Source of the DNA: Dendrobates tinctorius
Lineage: Eukaryota
Assembly (NCBI RefSeq): GCF_039654945.1
Contig: NW_027361784.1
Location: 42,470,001-42,534,000 of the forward strand
Reading direction: 5' to 3'
DNA: 64,000 nucleotides
Shown: in pieces, positions 50,851 through 62,200 of the stretch
Layout of the letters: every line of letters starts with the position of its first letter
Numbering within the stretch: the stretch's first letter is position 1
The notes under the pieces: generated by a model
What the model was told of the DNA's origin: nothing
Databases searched by the model: none
What the model saw: the letters and a program-made list of their open reading frames with translations, nothing else
Translations under genes and position numbers: made by a program

Positions 50851-51404
50851 ATGATCTTTGTATCGTAATGGAGAAAAGTATAAAAATTCCCAAAGGTTAA
50901 GCCTTATGCAAGCCAATTAGTGGAAGATTTTAATTATGGTTTCAGATCCTTGACAACAATGCTTTAAGACCGTCCAACTATTGGCTTGGACTTTTTTCTG
51001 CTCTGCTTAACAATACATTTTTTGCCATACATGCATTTGCTCAAATAAAATGTAAAACAAAAAATAAAAAAAAAAATCACTGGAAATACTTCTCATGAGA
51101 CTGTAATTAATTTTCCTCTTCCCAATATAAAATATTAAGGAGGTTGTCTAATCATTTCATATCATAATCATAGTAAAGATCTGAAAAATCTCAGTGTTTT
51201 TTATAAGTTGTTAAAAAAAATCTAATGAAAAGTTATGATATTAACTTACATAGTAAGTGGCGCCACCTGTAGGTTAAAGTCTAAAGCAATATGGACGTCC
51301 ATCTAATAAGCGAAGCACTGGTGATCACATCAGTTTAGTCTATCAGGTTAGTGAGCCTCTATTCTTGGAAGAGAAGCCAATAAAAAAAGAAAAAAATTCA
51401 GGGG

Positions 51405-51872
51405 ATCAGAGCATCAGTCTACTTCCGGGCACTACATTTAAAAAAAAAAAAGATATAGAAAAACTAAAAACTAGAGCAAGTTCAGAAAAAAGCTACGAGA
51501 ATGATGACCGGTCTGCAAGCAATGTCCTATGAAGAACAGTTAGAAGATCTGGGAAAGGAGGAGACGGCGAGGAGCCTTGTCTACAAATATCTGAAGGGAC
51601 GTCGCAGTGTAGGGCGATCATCATTATTTTCATTTGCACACGGAAACACAAGAATCAATGGCCCGAAACTAAAAAGAGAAGATTATGATTAGATATTAGA
51701 AAAAAAAATTTGACAGTGAGGGAAATCAATGAGTGGAGAGTTCTCCTTCAATGGAAGTCTTCAAACAGAGGCTGGACAGACATCTGTCTGGGATGATATA
51801 GTGAATCCTGCATTGATCAGGGTGTTGGACACGATGACCCTGGAGGTCCCTTCCAACTCTAACATTCTATGA
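51405..51872 (+). mobile_element. CR1 LINE 3' end
   Basis: MSYEEQLEDLG..VYKYLKG remnants; canonical end GGTCCCTTCCAACTCTAACATTCTATGA. Confidence 0.88.
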
Positions 51873-52035
51873 CTAACCAGCAGTAGTAGAGAAGACTCAG
51901 ATATAGCAAGTAATACAAGACTATATTTTTAGCTACCAGAAGGGGAAGGAGACTTTTTCTTTCAGTAACCCATCTAAAGCAACAGAGTTTAGCAGTAGCT
52001 CAAAGAAGGATACATAAAATAATGATAAAAAAGTA

Positions 52036-52195
52036 CAGGAAAGATGTTGCAGAAATATGTGACTCTTCAGATTTTGTATTAGTCTTTGCCTGATGAAGAG
52101 ACCTGAGTAGTCTCGAAAGCTTGCAATGTGTTACCATCTTTTCAGTTCGCCATTAAAAGGTATCAACCACTGAGGACTCTCAATTCTAAATATTT
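52036..52195 (+). mobile_element. 160-bp Penelope-type retro-insertion carrying a minimal hammerhead
   Basis: 13-bp TSD TGATAAAAAAGTA at 52023-52035 and 52196-52208. Confidence 0.75.
52086..52126 (+). ncRNA. Minimal type I hammerhead ribozyme (Penelope-associated type)
   Basis: TTGC-CTGATGA-A-GAGAC ctgagta GTCTC-GAAA-GCTT-GCAA; stem III reduced to the palindrome AAGCTT. Confidence 0.8.
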
Positions 52196-52568
52196 TGATA
52201 AAAAAGTAATTATGCAAACAGTGCATATTACTATACTTTAACACAAATAATTATTTCCCAAAATGTGTCATACATATACATCACATGTTGGCTTCCTATG
52301 TATGGTGGTGGCTCAGAAGCTGAGCCCACTCCATACGTAGTGGGTAACGACTGTTATGCATCTGACACCTTACTGCAACAGCAATGATCAAAGATAGCTG
52401 TCATTGCTGCTGTTTAATCTCTTCAGTTTATAACAGTAACTTGATTGTGGGGTGCAAAAGGGGTTACTAAGGCTTCTGAGAGCTTTTTGAAGGCCACTGG
52501 CAGCACCATCTTTGTGCTCATGAATCTTGCTTCATAGGTGAGTGTTATGTTGTCAATATACTGCAATG

Positions 52569-53329
52569 AACAAAAGTCCTGTATAATAAGGGCACTTCAC
52601 CTCAGATTATAACACTAATCCCATATACCGCTACATAGGATAACGAAGAGATCCCAATAGTAATAAAAAATAATTTTTATTTCAAATAATTAAAAACATC
52701 ATAAAAAAGCAAAATGCCGTATATCGGAGACGTCAAAGCACAAAAGTTACAAAAATATAACAATAAAGCACTAATATCATAATCACTCCATGACACTTGT
52801 GAACAGAATTGAGATCCAATGTACTTGATATAAATATATATGAAACAGTAGTGCAAAAAAATGATAAATGCAGACAATAACACTTGCTCAAAAGAGCTAA
52901 CACTATCTCATAGCACTATATATTCAAAACACTATCTGTGTTCATAAATCACAGTGGAATAACCCTATAAATATACCACAAGTCAGGAAAGAGTGCTATA
53001 TAAATATGACCTAGGGAACAGTCAATAAATTCTAAGTAGAAAATAAAATAAATGAACAAATAAGAACAAGAGTCACATGTAAAATAACATGGACCCGCTA
53101 TATCACAAGGGGAAATCCAGGCTATCAATGAAAAATAACACAGAGCCACCTGTAAGTAGACCCTCTTTATCCCAAAGGAAAATCCCCCAGCCCTAAAGTC
53201 ATGCAAATCCAAAGTATATTACCAATATGTATGAGTGCCCGTGGCATCTCCTCACCCCGACGCGCGTTTCGCCGCCAGCTTCTTCCAGGGGGCGTTATCC
53301 TATGTAGCGGTATATGGGATTAGTGTTAT
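52569..53329 (-). mobile_element. Penelope-like pseudo-LTR insertion with an inverted terminal segment
   Basis: 14-bp TSD AATATACTGCAATG (52555-52568, 53330-53343); 40-bp inverted repeat 52606-52645 / 53293-53332; hammerhead-like motif. Confidence 0.75.
53255..53292 (-). ncRNA. Hammerhead-like motif with a variant core (CUGGAAGA)
   Basis: Minus strand CCCC-CTGGAAGA-A-GCTGGCGGC-GAAA-CGCGCG-TC-GGGG. Confidence 0.55.
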
Positions 53330-53652
53330 AATATACTGCAATGCTAACATATCCAAGTAAAATTATTTGCCAAATATACATATCATACAAATATCTGTGA
53401 AATACATTTTTTTGTGATTTATTTGGTAAAATTACGGCTTGACAGATGTCAATTTGCTGATTTTTAGAGGGATAAAGAGAAACCTCGCTGTTCACTCATT
53501 CCGCTGTCATAGCCCTCTGTCTGGTACTAAATGTAGATCCCAACGGGCCTCTTCTTTATGTTTTCACACTACGTTATGTCCTCCTTCTTCCATCATCTTT
53601 CTGCACCAGATCTTCCAGTGCCAAATAGTGTGTAATGATGTGTAAAGACTTA

Positions 53653-53975
53653 AGCTAGTTTCACACTAGCGTTTATTCCACGCAGCGCACGGCGCCGCTA
53701 AGTCCCGCCCCCTGCCGGCTCCCTGCCCAACCACATCCTGTCATCGCCGTCTACTATCGCACATGGACGCTTGCGATCTGCGCACCCTATCTTTAGCATA
53801 GGGTGCGCAGATCGTGCGCTGGCCGTGCGCTAGTAGGATTTTGGCGTGCGCTGCGCAAGCGTCCATGTGCGATAGTAGGCGACGATGACCGGATGGGGTG
53901 GGCAGGGAGCCGGCAGGGGGCAGGACTTAGCGGCGCCGTGCGCTGCGTGGAATAAACGCTAGTGTGAAACTAGCC
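53653..53975. mobile_element. PIF/Harbinger-type palindromic MITE (323 bp)
   Basis: TTA|AGCTAGTTTCACACTAGCG ... CGCTAGTGTGAAACTAGCC|TTA; ~120-bp TIRs plus an internal hairpin at 53774-53814. Confidence 0.88.
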
Positions 53976-55213
53976 TTAGCCAATGCTTCAGAGTATACAC
54001 AATGTGACGTCAATGGCCTTCTCGATGTCGGTAGCCCCGGCACGAAGAGAAGATGAAGGGAAAGGATGTTGTGAGCCATGAAGATGTAAAAAAAAAAAAG
54101 GCTGGAAAGTTCTTTATGGAGAACGCAATTTTCGGGATGTGGGAACAGAACAGGTTGGCTGTATGATCAGTGTTAGTTGTTTTATTTTTTTTACCCTTTT
54201 TTCATTATGCTTAGGGTTCTGAAAAAAGCAAAAAAAAAAACATTAAATTCGATGCTCATCAAATTTCTTGGCCAAATTCGAGCAAAGTTGCTAAATTAAA
54301 ATTTTAGCACAAGTTATTGCAGAGGTACAATACGAGTGCCACAATGTGGAGTTGGCCCCTCGCAATCTAATCCTGGCATCAAAAACGGTCCAAAAACTGC
54401 AATAACGGAAAAAAATTCTACCAAAGACAAAAACTAAAAAAAAATACAGTTCTTTCCCAATTTCTTCCTACCTTGGGTGAATTATTAAATGCTTAGCACA
54501 GTTGAAGAGAATGCAATATAATACGGCTTTTAAAATGCAACTTATGGACTGCATGAATAGATTTTATGTCGTTGCGTCGTGAAAATGAGAATTCATGAAA
54601 ACTCTTTCTGTTTGCACATAAGCGAGGATCAGTCATCTTGAATCTTATGGCTTCCCTGTGATTTCTAATTACAATTGCAAGCCATTTAATTAGGACTCCA
54701 TGCCGAAGCGAGACCATAATTCAGACAGGAAAACAATTAGATTTTTTTCCGAGTATTAGTCGGGACTTTATATCATTTTCTCTTTTTATGTTTCCTTATG
54801 AGATTTTTAAAGAAAACTGATGACTAAAATGCACAATTTCGACACCTGGATACTTGCCATATCCTACACTCCTGCAGAAGCAGGTTTTCTGATAAGATTA
54901 CTTTAGTTTTTTTTTTTTTTGCTGTTTTGTCACAGTGGGAAAAAAATAAATAAATTATCATTTATTTAAACACTTCATGAAAGAACGACAAAATGTCATT
55001 TTCCCTATCTCCTTCCAATTATTTTGAGCACAAAACAACAGAAAACAATGTTTATTTTAGAACACTTATCTGAAAATCTGATGGAATAAATTACAATATG
55101 CTTGAAATGAGTCAGGCAGAGACGACCTGCAAAGTGTGGAGTGAATCACAAAAATCAGCTGTGCTTGTGGTTATCATGTGGAAGGTTTACATCAGCTTAT
55201 CCAGCCAGTTCTA

Positions 55214-56819
55214 CAGTGGGGCAAAAAAGTATTTAGTCAGTCAGCAATAGTGCAAGTTCCACCACTTAAAAAGATGAGAGGCGTCTGTAATTTACATCAT
55301 AGGTAGACCTCAACTATGGGAGACAAACTGAGAAAAAAAAATCCAGAAAATCACATTGTCTGTTTTTTTTTCATTTTATTTGCATATTATGGTGGAAAAT
55401 AAGTATTTGGTCAGAAACAAAATTTCATCTCAATACTTTGTGATATATCCTTTGTTGGTAATGACAGAGGTCAAACGTTTTCTGTAAGTCTTCACAAGGT
55501 TGCCACACACTGTTGTTGGTATGTTGGCCCATTCCTCCATGCAGATCTCCTCTAGAGCAGTGATGTTTTTGGCTTTTCACTTGGCAACACGGACTTTCAA
55601 CTCCCTCCAAAGGTTTTCTATAGGGTTGAGATCTGGAGACTGGCTAGGCCACTCCAGGACCTTGAAATGCTTCTTACGAAGCCACTCCTTCGTTGCCCTG
55701 GCGGTGTGCTTTGGATCATTGTCATGTTGAAAGACCCAGCCACATTTCATATTCAATGCCCTTGCTGATGGAAGGAGGTTTGCACTCAAAATCTCATGAT
55801 ACATGGCCCCATTCATTCTTTCATGTACCCGGATAAGTCGTCCTGGCCCCTTTGCAGAGAAACAGCGCCAAAGCATGATGTTTCCACCACCATGCTTTAC
55901 AGTAGGTATGGTGTTTGATGGATGCAACTCAGTATTCTTTTTCCTCCAAACACGACAAGTTGTGTTTCTACCAAACAGTTCCAGTTTGGTTTCATCAGAC
56001 CATAGGACATTCTCCCAAAACTCCTCTGGATCATCCAAATGCTCTCTAGCAAACTTCAGATGGGCCCGGACATGTACAGGCTTAAGCAGTGGGACACGTC
56101 TGGCACTGCAGGATCTGAGTCCATAGTGGCGTAGTGTGTTACTTATGGTAGGCCTTGTTACATTGGTCCCAGCTCTCTGCAGTTCATTCACTAGGTCCCC
56201 CCGCGGGGTTCTGGGATTTTTGCTCACCGTTCTTGTGATCATTCTGACCCCACGGGGTGGGATTTTGCGTGGAGCACCAGATCGAGGGAGATTATCAGTG
56301 GTCTTGTATGTCTTCCATTTTCTAATTATTGCTCCCACAGTTGATTTCTTCACTCCAAGCTGGTTGGCTATTGCAGATTCAGTCTTCCCAGCCTGGTGCA
56401 GGGCTACAATTTTGTTTCTGGTGTCCTTTGACAGCTCTTTGGTCTTCACCATAGTGGAGTTTGGAGTCAGACTGTTTGAGGGTGTGCACAGGTGTCTTTT
56501 TATACTGATAACAAGTTTAAACAGGTGCCATTACTACAGGTAATGAGTGGAGGAAAGAGGAGACTCTTAAAGAAGAAGTTACAGGTCTGTGAGAGCCAGA
56601 AATCTTGATTGCTTGTTTCTGACCAAATACTTATTTTCCACCATAATATGCAAATAAAATGAAAAAAAAACAGACAATGTGATTTTCTGGATTTTTTTTT
56701 CTCAGTTTGTCTCCCATAGTTGAGGTCTACCTATGATGTAAATTACAGACGCCTCTCATCTTTTTAAGTGGTGGAACTTGCACTATTGCTGACTGACTAA
56801 ATACTTTTTTGCTCCACTG
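55214..56819 (-). mobile_element. Full-length Tc1 transposon (IR/DR type), 1,606 bp
   Basis: TA TSD; ~205-bp TIRs CAGTGG(G/A)GCAAAAAAGTATTTAGTCAG...AAGTATTTGGTCAG. Confidence 0.96.
55430..56452 (-). pseudogene. Tc1 DD34E transposase, 340 codons, single in-frame stop at 55579-55577
   Basis: [38 protein letters not shown]; the frame continues past TGA as [16 protein letters not shown]...KGYITKY*. Confidence 0.93.
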
Positions 56820-56968
56820 TATATGGGTGTCCTACGAAACCTCTTGCCTTGGTTACAGCAGATCCCAATAGTTCAATATTGATAGTCAGCTGAATATTTG
56901 TGCTTTGTTATGCTTGTTATTTCATTATTTGTCTTTTATACAAATTTTAGAAATTATATATATATGCA

Positions 56969-57620
56969 TACTGCTCAAAAAATAAAGGGAACACTTAAAA
57001 AACAAAATACAGTATAGCTCCAAGTAAATCAAACTTCTGTGAAATCAAACTGTCCACTTAGGAAGCAACACTGATTGACAATCAAATTCACATGCTGTTG
57101 AGCAAATGGAATAGACAACAGATGGAAATTATTGGCAATTATGAAGACACCCTCAATAAAGGAGTGGTCCTGCAGGTGGGGATCACAGACCACATCTCAG
57201 TACCAATGCTTTCTGGCTGATGTTTTGGTCACTTTTGAATGTTGGTTGTGCTTTCACACTCGTGGTAGCATGAGACGGACTCTACAACCCACACAAGTGG
57301 CTCAGGTAGTGCAGCTCATCCAGGATGGCACATCAATGCGAGCTGTGGCAAGAAGGTTTGCTGTGTCTGTCAGCATAGTGTCCAGAGGCTAGAGGCGCCA
57401 CCAGGTGACAGGCCAGTACACCAGGAGATGTGGAGGGGGCCGTAGGAGGGCAACAACCCAGCAGCAGGACCGCTACCTCAGCCTTTGTGCAAAGAGGAAC
57501 AGGAGGAGCACTGCCAGAGCCCTGCAAAATTACTTCCAGCAGGCCACAAATGTGCATGTGGCTGCACAAATGGTTAGAAACTGACTCCATGAGGATGGTC
57601 TGAGTGCCCGATGTCCACAG
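56969..57620 (+). mobile_element. Second Tc1 family, 5' fragment (TIR plus degenerate transposase N-terminus)
   Basis: TACTGCTCAAAAAATAAAGGGAACACT TIR; [36 protein letters not shown] region. Confidence 0.85.
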
Positions 57621-57912
57621 CTCCCTCCGTCCACAAGCTCCAGTGATGAGCAGGTCCCTGACATCACAATGTCATGTGATGAGCCACCTGAGTCACTAAC
57701 CAGGCTTACAGTGAAGCAAGTTGTAAGGGGAGGACAGGACTGTAGTCGTGACTAGTGTTGAGCATTCCGATACCGCAAGTATCGGGTATCGGCCGATATT
57801 AGCGGTATCGGAATTCCGATACTTAGTTCCGATACTTTTGTCATATCGGATTCCGGAATCAGAATCGGAATCGGAAGTTCCCATCATGCTATGAGCCTGC
57901 TTGCTTTGATTA

Positions 57913-58045
57913 AGCCAATGGGAATCCTCCGAAGTGTGGGCACATCCTGTTAGGCATGTAGGCATGTTAACTATTGGCATGGCTGTGATTGGCTGCCGAA
58001 ATGATGTCATGATGCACTATAAAAGCCACCGCAGCCGCCATTTCT
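57913..58045 (+). promoter_or_regulatory. Putative transposase promoter
   Basis: CCAAT (~57915), ATTGG (57973, 57988), TGATGTCA (58002-58009), TATAAAA (58018-58024), GCCGCCATTT (58034-58043). Confidence 0.55.
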
Positions 58046-58179
58046 GGTCACTCTGCTGTGAATTCAGTTAGGGACAGGCTGCTGTAGAAGACTGTGAGGG
58101 ACAGTTAGAAATAGCGATTCCACCAAACATATAGTGCTTTACCCAGGCTACATAAACCACCACTGTAGCCTTCTTTGCC

Positions 58180-58935
58180 CTAGCAGCAGTGTTCACAGCT
58201 GTCTGCAAGGGCTGTGTGAGTGCAGCTCACGTTGTGGAGTGGGTCCTGCAGCCACGTCAGGCTGTAGGCCACCCAGTGTGATCACTGCTGCCTCATACAT
58301 CTTTTATTTTTTGAGCTGCATTTTTTACATAATTTCAATCTAGTGTGCTTCCATCCGTATCCATATACGTTGGTTGCAAACACTAGTAGTAGACAGTGGA
58401 GCCTTTCTGCAGCCTTTCAGTGCTAGTGTCCACTTTGCTGCACTGTTCACGGCTGTCTGAGAGGTCTCTGACTGTGTGTGAGTGCAGCTCACGCTGAGTA
58501 GTGTGTCCTGCAGCTACGTCTGGCTGTAGGACGCTCAGCGTGCGTCAGTGCCTCACACATATTTTTATTTGAGTGCAGCTCATTTTTTCTTCTATTAGTG
58601 TGCATCCATCCGTCTCCATCTACGGTGGTTGCAAACACTATATAGGAGTACACAGCGGAGCCTTTCTGCAGCCTGTCAGTGCCAGTGCCCACTTAGCTGC
58701 ACTGTTGACGGCTGTCTGAGAGGCCTCTGACTGTGTGTGAGTGCAGCTCACGCTGAGTAGAGTGTCCTGCAGCTACGTCTGGTTGTAGGACGCTCAACGT
58801 GCGTCACTGCCTCACACATATTTGTCTTTGAGTGCAGCTCATTTTTTCTTCTCCTATTAGTGTGCATCCATCCGTATCCATCAACATTGGTTGGTTGCAA
58901 ACACTATATAGGAGTAGATAGAGGAGCCTTTTTTT
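58180..58935 (+). repeat. ~260-bp direct repeats x3
   Basis: GAGTGCAGCTCACG at ~58218, 58480 and 58739. Confidence 0.85.
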
Positions 58936-59294
58936 CTGGCTTGTGCCCTGCCGGTGCAGCCAGATTAGTATTACCCAATTTTTTTGGAGCCTCATCTTTT
59001 GCATTGTAGGTTACCTGCCTGCATTGTAATAGCTCCAAAAAGTTGGTGATACTATCAGTTTCAATTCTTTGTTCACATACTTTGAGTTTGTTTCCAACAA
59101 AGAAACCACAAAAAAAGTTCACCAAACACTACATTTGGAACTTGTGTAGGCCACATCAGCTCCTATTAAAGACTAGTCCACACACACACACTTCATAAAA
59201 TTAGTGTTTCTTGTACCTGTAACCAGCTGTTCAGGAATAAGCACACTAAGGCCCCCCTTTGTACTTTTTTGCCTATCTTAAGCAGTCTTGCAAG

Positions 59295-62200
59295 ATGAAG
59301 AAGGCAGGGAGTAAGGCGCGTGGGCGTGGGCGTGGAATTTCAGCAGGGAGAGGATGTGGGGATTCTGCAGGGAGAGGACGTGGGGATTCTACAGGTAGAG
59401 GACATGGGGATTCTGGGCCTGCTGCGGGCACCAGTGGATCAGCATCCCCCAGTTTTAGCAGGCAACAGTCCTTTATGCGCAGCTTTGTAGGACCTCAACG
59501 TACCCCACTGCTGCGGGAGGAACAAATTGAAGCCGTTGTCGGATGGATGGCAGCTAACGCATCGACTTCAATTACTTCCGCATCCTCTCAGGGTCAGAGC
59601 ACCGAAGAGCAACCATCTGTCTCTTCACCACCTGCCAAAGTGCCCAGGCAGTCAGAGAGACATGGACAGGAGCCATCACAGTCTCTACTTCTGTTCTCGG
59701 AATCTGTTGGCTTGGAAAGAGGGGGCCAGCCAAGCAGCATTCCTGAATGTGAAGAAGAGGGAGTATGCAGTGATGCGCAACTTCTTTGTCCCTCTGAATC
59801 TGAAGAGGCGAGTGGGCCAGTGCCTATGGTCAGCACACCTCAGTACGCATCAGATGATGACGAGACTCAGTTGCCACTTTCTGGTGCGTACGGTGCTGGC
59901 GAGACAACCCCGGAGAAGCAGCTGTTTGAAGAGGGGAGGGAAGATGATGAGGTCCTTGACCCATCATGGCGTGAGCAACAGGAAGGTGGTGGGAGCAGCT
60001 CGGAGGAAGAGATTCCCCTACCGGCCAAAACAGGAGGCAGAGGGAGGGGGAAGACTTGGTTGCCTGTACCCTCCACTTCGGCACCCGTTAGGAGCATTCC
60101 TCCTTCCAAAGGCAAACCGGGCACTCACAAAAGTTGCAGTGCGTGGTCCTTTTTTGACACAGTTGCAGATGACATTTGCTTTGTCAAATGCAAGCTGTGT
60201 CATCAGAGAGTCAAAAGAGGGAGAAATGTCAGCAACCTCAATACCACAAATATGTGGAAACATGTGCGCACCAAGCACGAGTTGGAGTTGCAGAGACACC
60301 CTGAAGACGTAGGCCAACGTACAGCACCACCTACCACCTCTTCAGTTCGTGTTGGGCCCTCTTCCTCCAGCTCACACACTGCTGGTTCGGCTTCCTCACA
60401 GGATCGCCAAGGAAGAACCTCTGCCACTGTTGTCCGGAGACCCTGTCAGATTACACCCATAGCAGCACGTTCCCATCCATCACAGCCATCGGTAGCACAG
60501 GCATGGGATAAAAGGCGCCCTTACTCGGCAAACCATCCCCGAGCACAGTCTCTGAATGCTGGCATTGCCAAACTTCTGGCAGTTGAAATGCTGTCATTCA
60601 GGCTGGTGGACACTGACACCTTCCGGGACTTAATGGCATTGGCAGTCCCCCAATACAACGTGCCCAGCCGCTTTTATTTCAGCAGGCGAGCCGTCCCTGC
60701 CCTGCAGAAACATGTTGAGGGCAAAATAAAACATGCGCTACTAAACGCCGTTAGTAGCAAGGTCCACCTGACCACCGATGCGTGGACCAGTAACCATGGA
60801 CAGGGACGATACCTTTCCCTCACTGCCCACTGGGTCAATGTTGTGGAGCCGGGTACGGATCTGGAGAGTGGCGCTGTACGTGTTCTTCCAACGCCACGGA
60901 TTGCAGAACTCCAGCCTGTACACATAGACTCCTCCTCCTACTCAAGTTCCTCAGAAACAGCAGAGCAGGAGCCTGTTACGACCGATATGAGCACAGCCGT
61001 GGCCAAACGTCAACAGGCTGTACTCAAATTAATTTCTTTGGGGAATCGAAGCCACACAGCGCAGGAGCTCTGGAATGCTATCAAGCTGGAGAGCGATGTG
61101 TGGTTTGGGCCAGCGAATCTCCAGCCGGGCTTGGTAGTGTGTGACAATGGCCGAAATCTGGTGGCAGCTCTTGGCCTAGGCAACCTCACACACATCCCAT
61201 GTCTGGCACATGTTCTTAACTTGGTCGTGCAGAGCTTTCTGAGGGACTATCCGGATCTTGCTGCACTGTTGCACAAGGTCCGCATAGAGTGCGCTCACTT
61301 GCGACGTTCCAGCACGGCAAGATCGCGCCTCGCTGCTCTGCAGCGACGATTTGGCCTTCCGGAACATCGCATCATATGTGACCTACCCACCCGGTGGAAT
61401 TCAACGTTACATATGTTGGAGCGGTTGTGTGAGCAGCAGGCAGCAGTCATGGAGTACCAGCTGCATCAGGCGCAAACAAGTCGCACTGTGCGCCGTTCAC
61501 ACTTCAGCACCATTGAGTGGGCCTCTATGAAGGACATCTGCCTCGTTTTGTGTGCCTTCGATGAATCCACGCGGATGGCGAGTGCAGATGATGCACTAGT
61601 CAGCATGACTGTCCCCCTTATCTGCCTGCTTCAACAAACACTGCAAGCACTAAGGGATGAGGTTTCAGAAGAGGTGGAGGATGAGTAGTCCCAAATGTCA
61701 TCTGCTTCTGGACAGTCTGCGCTACGTGTTTCCTCACAAAGGCCTAGGCAGGGGACACTTTGTGAGGAGGATGAGGAGGAGTCGATGGAGGAGGAAGACA
61801 TCTCTCCAGAGGAGGGAGGTACACAAACCTCTACTCAGTATGTACAGCGAGGGTGGGGTGATGCAGAGCAGGCCGAGGTCACGCCTCAAACAGGGGACAG
61901 CCGTTCTTTGGCAGTTGGGAGTCTGCAGCACATGGTTGATTTCATGCTGCAGTGCCTGAGAAACGACCGCCGCATCGCCCACATTCTCGTCTCGGCTGAT
62001 TATTGGGTGTACACCCTCCTAGATCCTCGCTACCGGGACAGTGTACAAAGGCTCATACCAACGTTGAACCGGGAGCGTAAAATGCGGGAGTACGAAGAGT
62101 CATTGGTGCAGTCCATAATGTTTTCCATTCCACCCAACAGCATTGTTGCTAGTGCTTTACAAAGCAGCTCTGTGCGTCGAGGCAGTGGAGGAAACTCTGC

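Noticed and set aside
35131-57752. Old inverted segmental duplication suggested by mirror-image Tc1+hAT pairs
   Set aside because: The hAT target sites differ, copy 3 lies ~130 bp beyond its Tc1 fragment, and the two Tc1 fragments are much more diverged than the hAT copies.
59527-60312. 261-aa overlapping alternative-frame ORF (also 32565-33350)
   Set aside because: Starts at TTG, has no recognisable motif, and its presence in both copies only reflects their near-identity.
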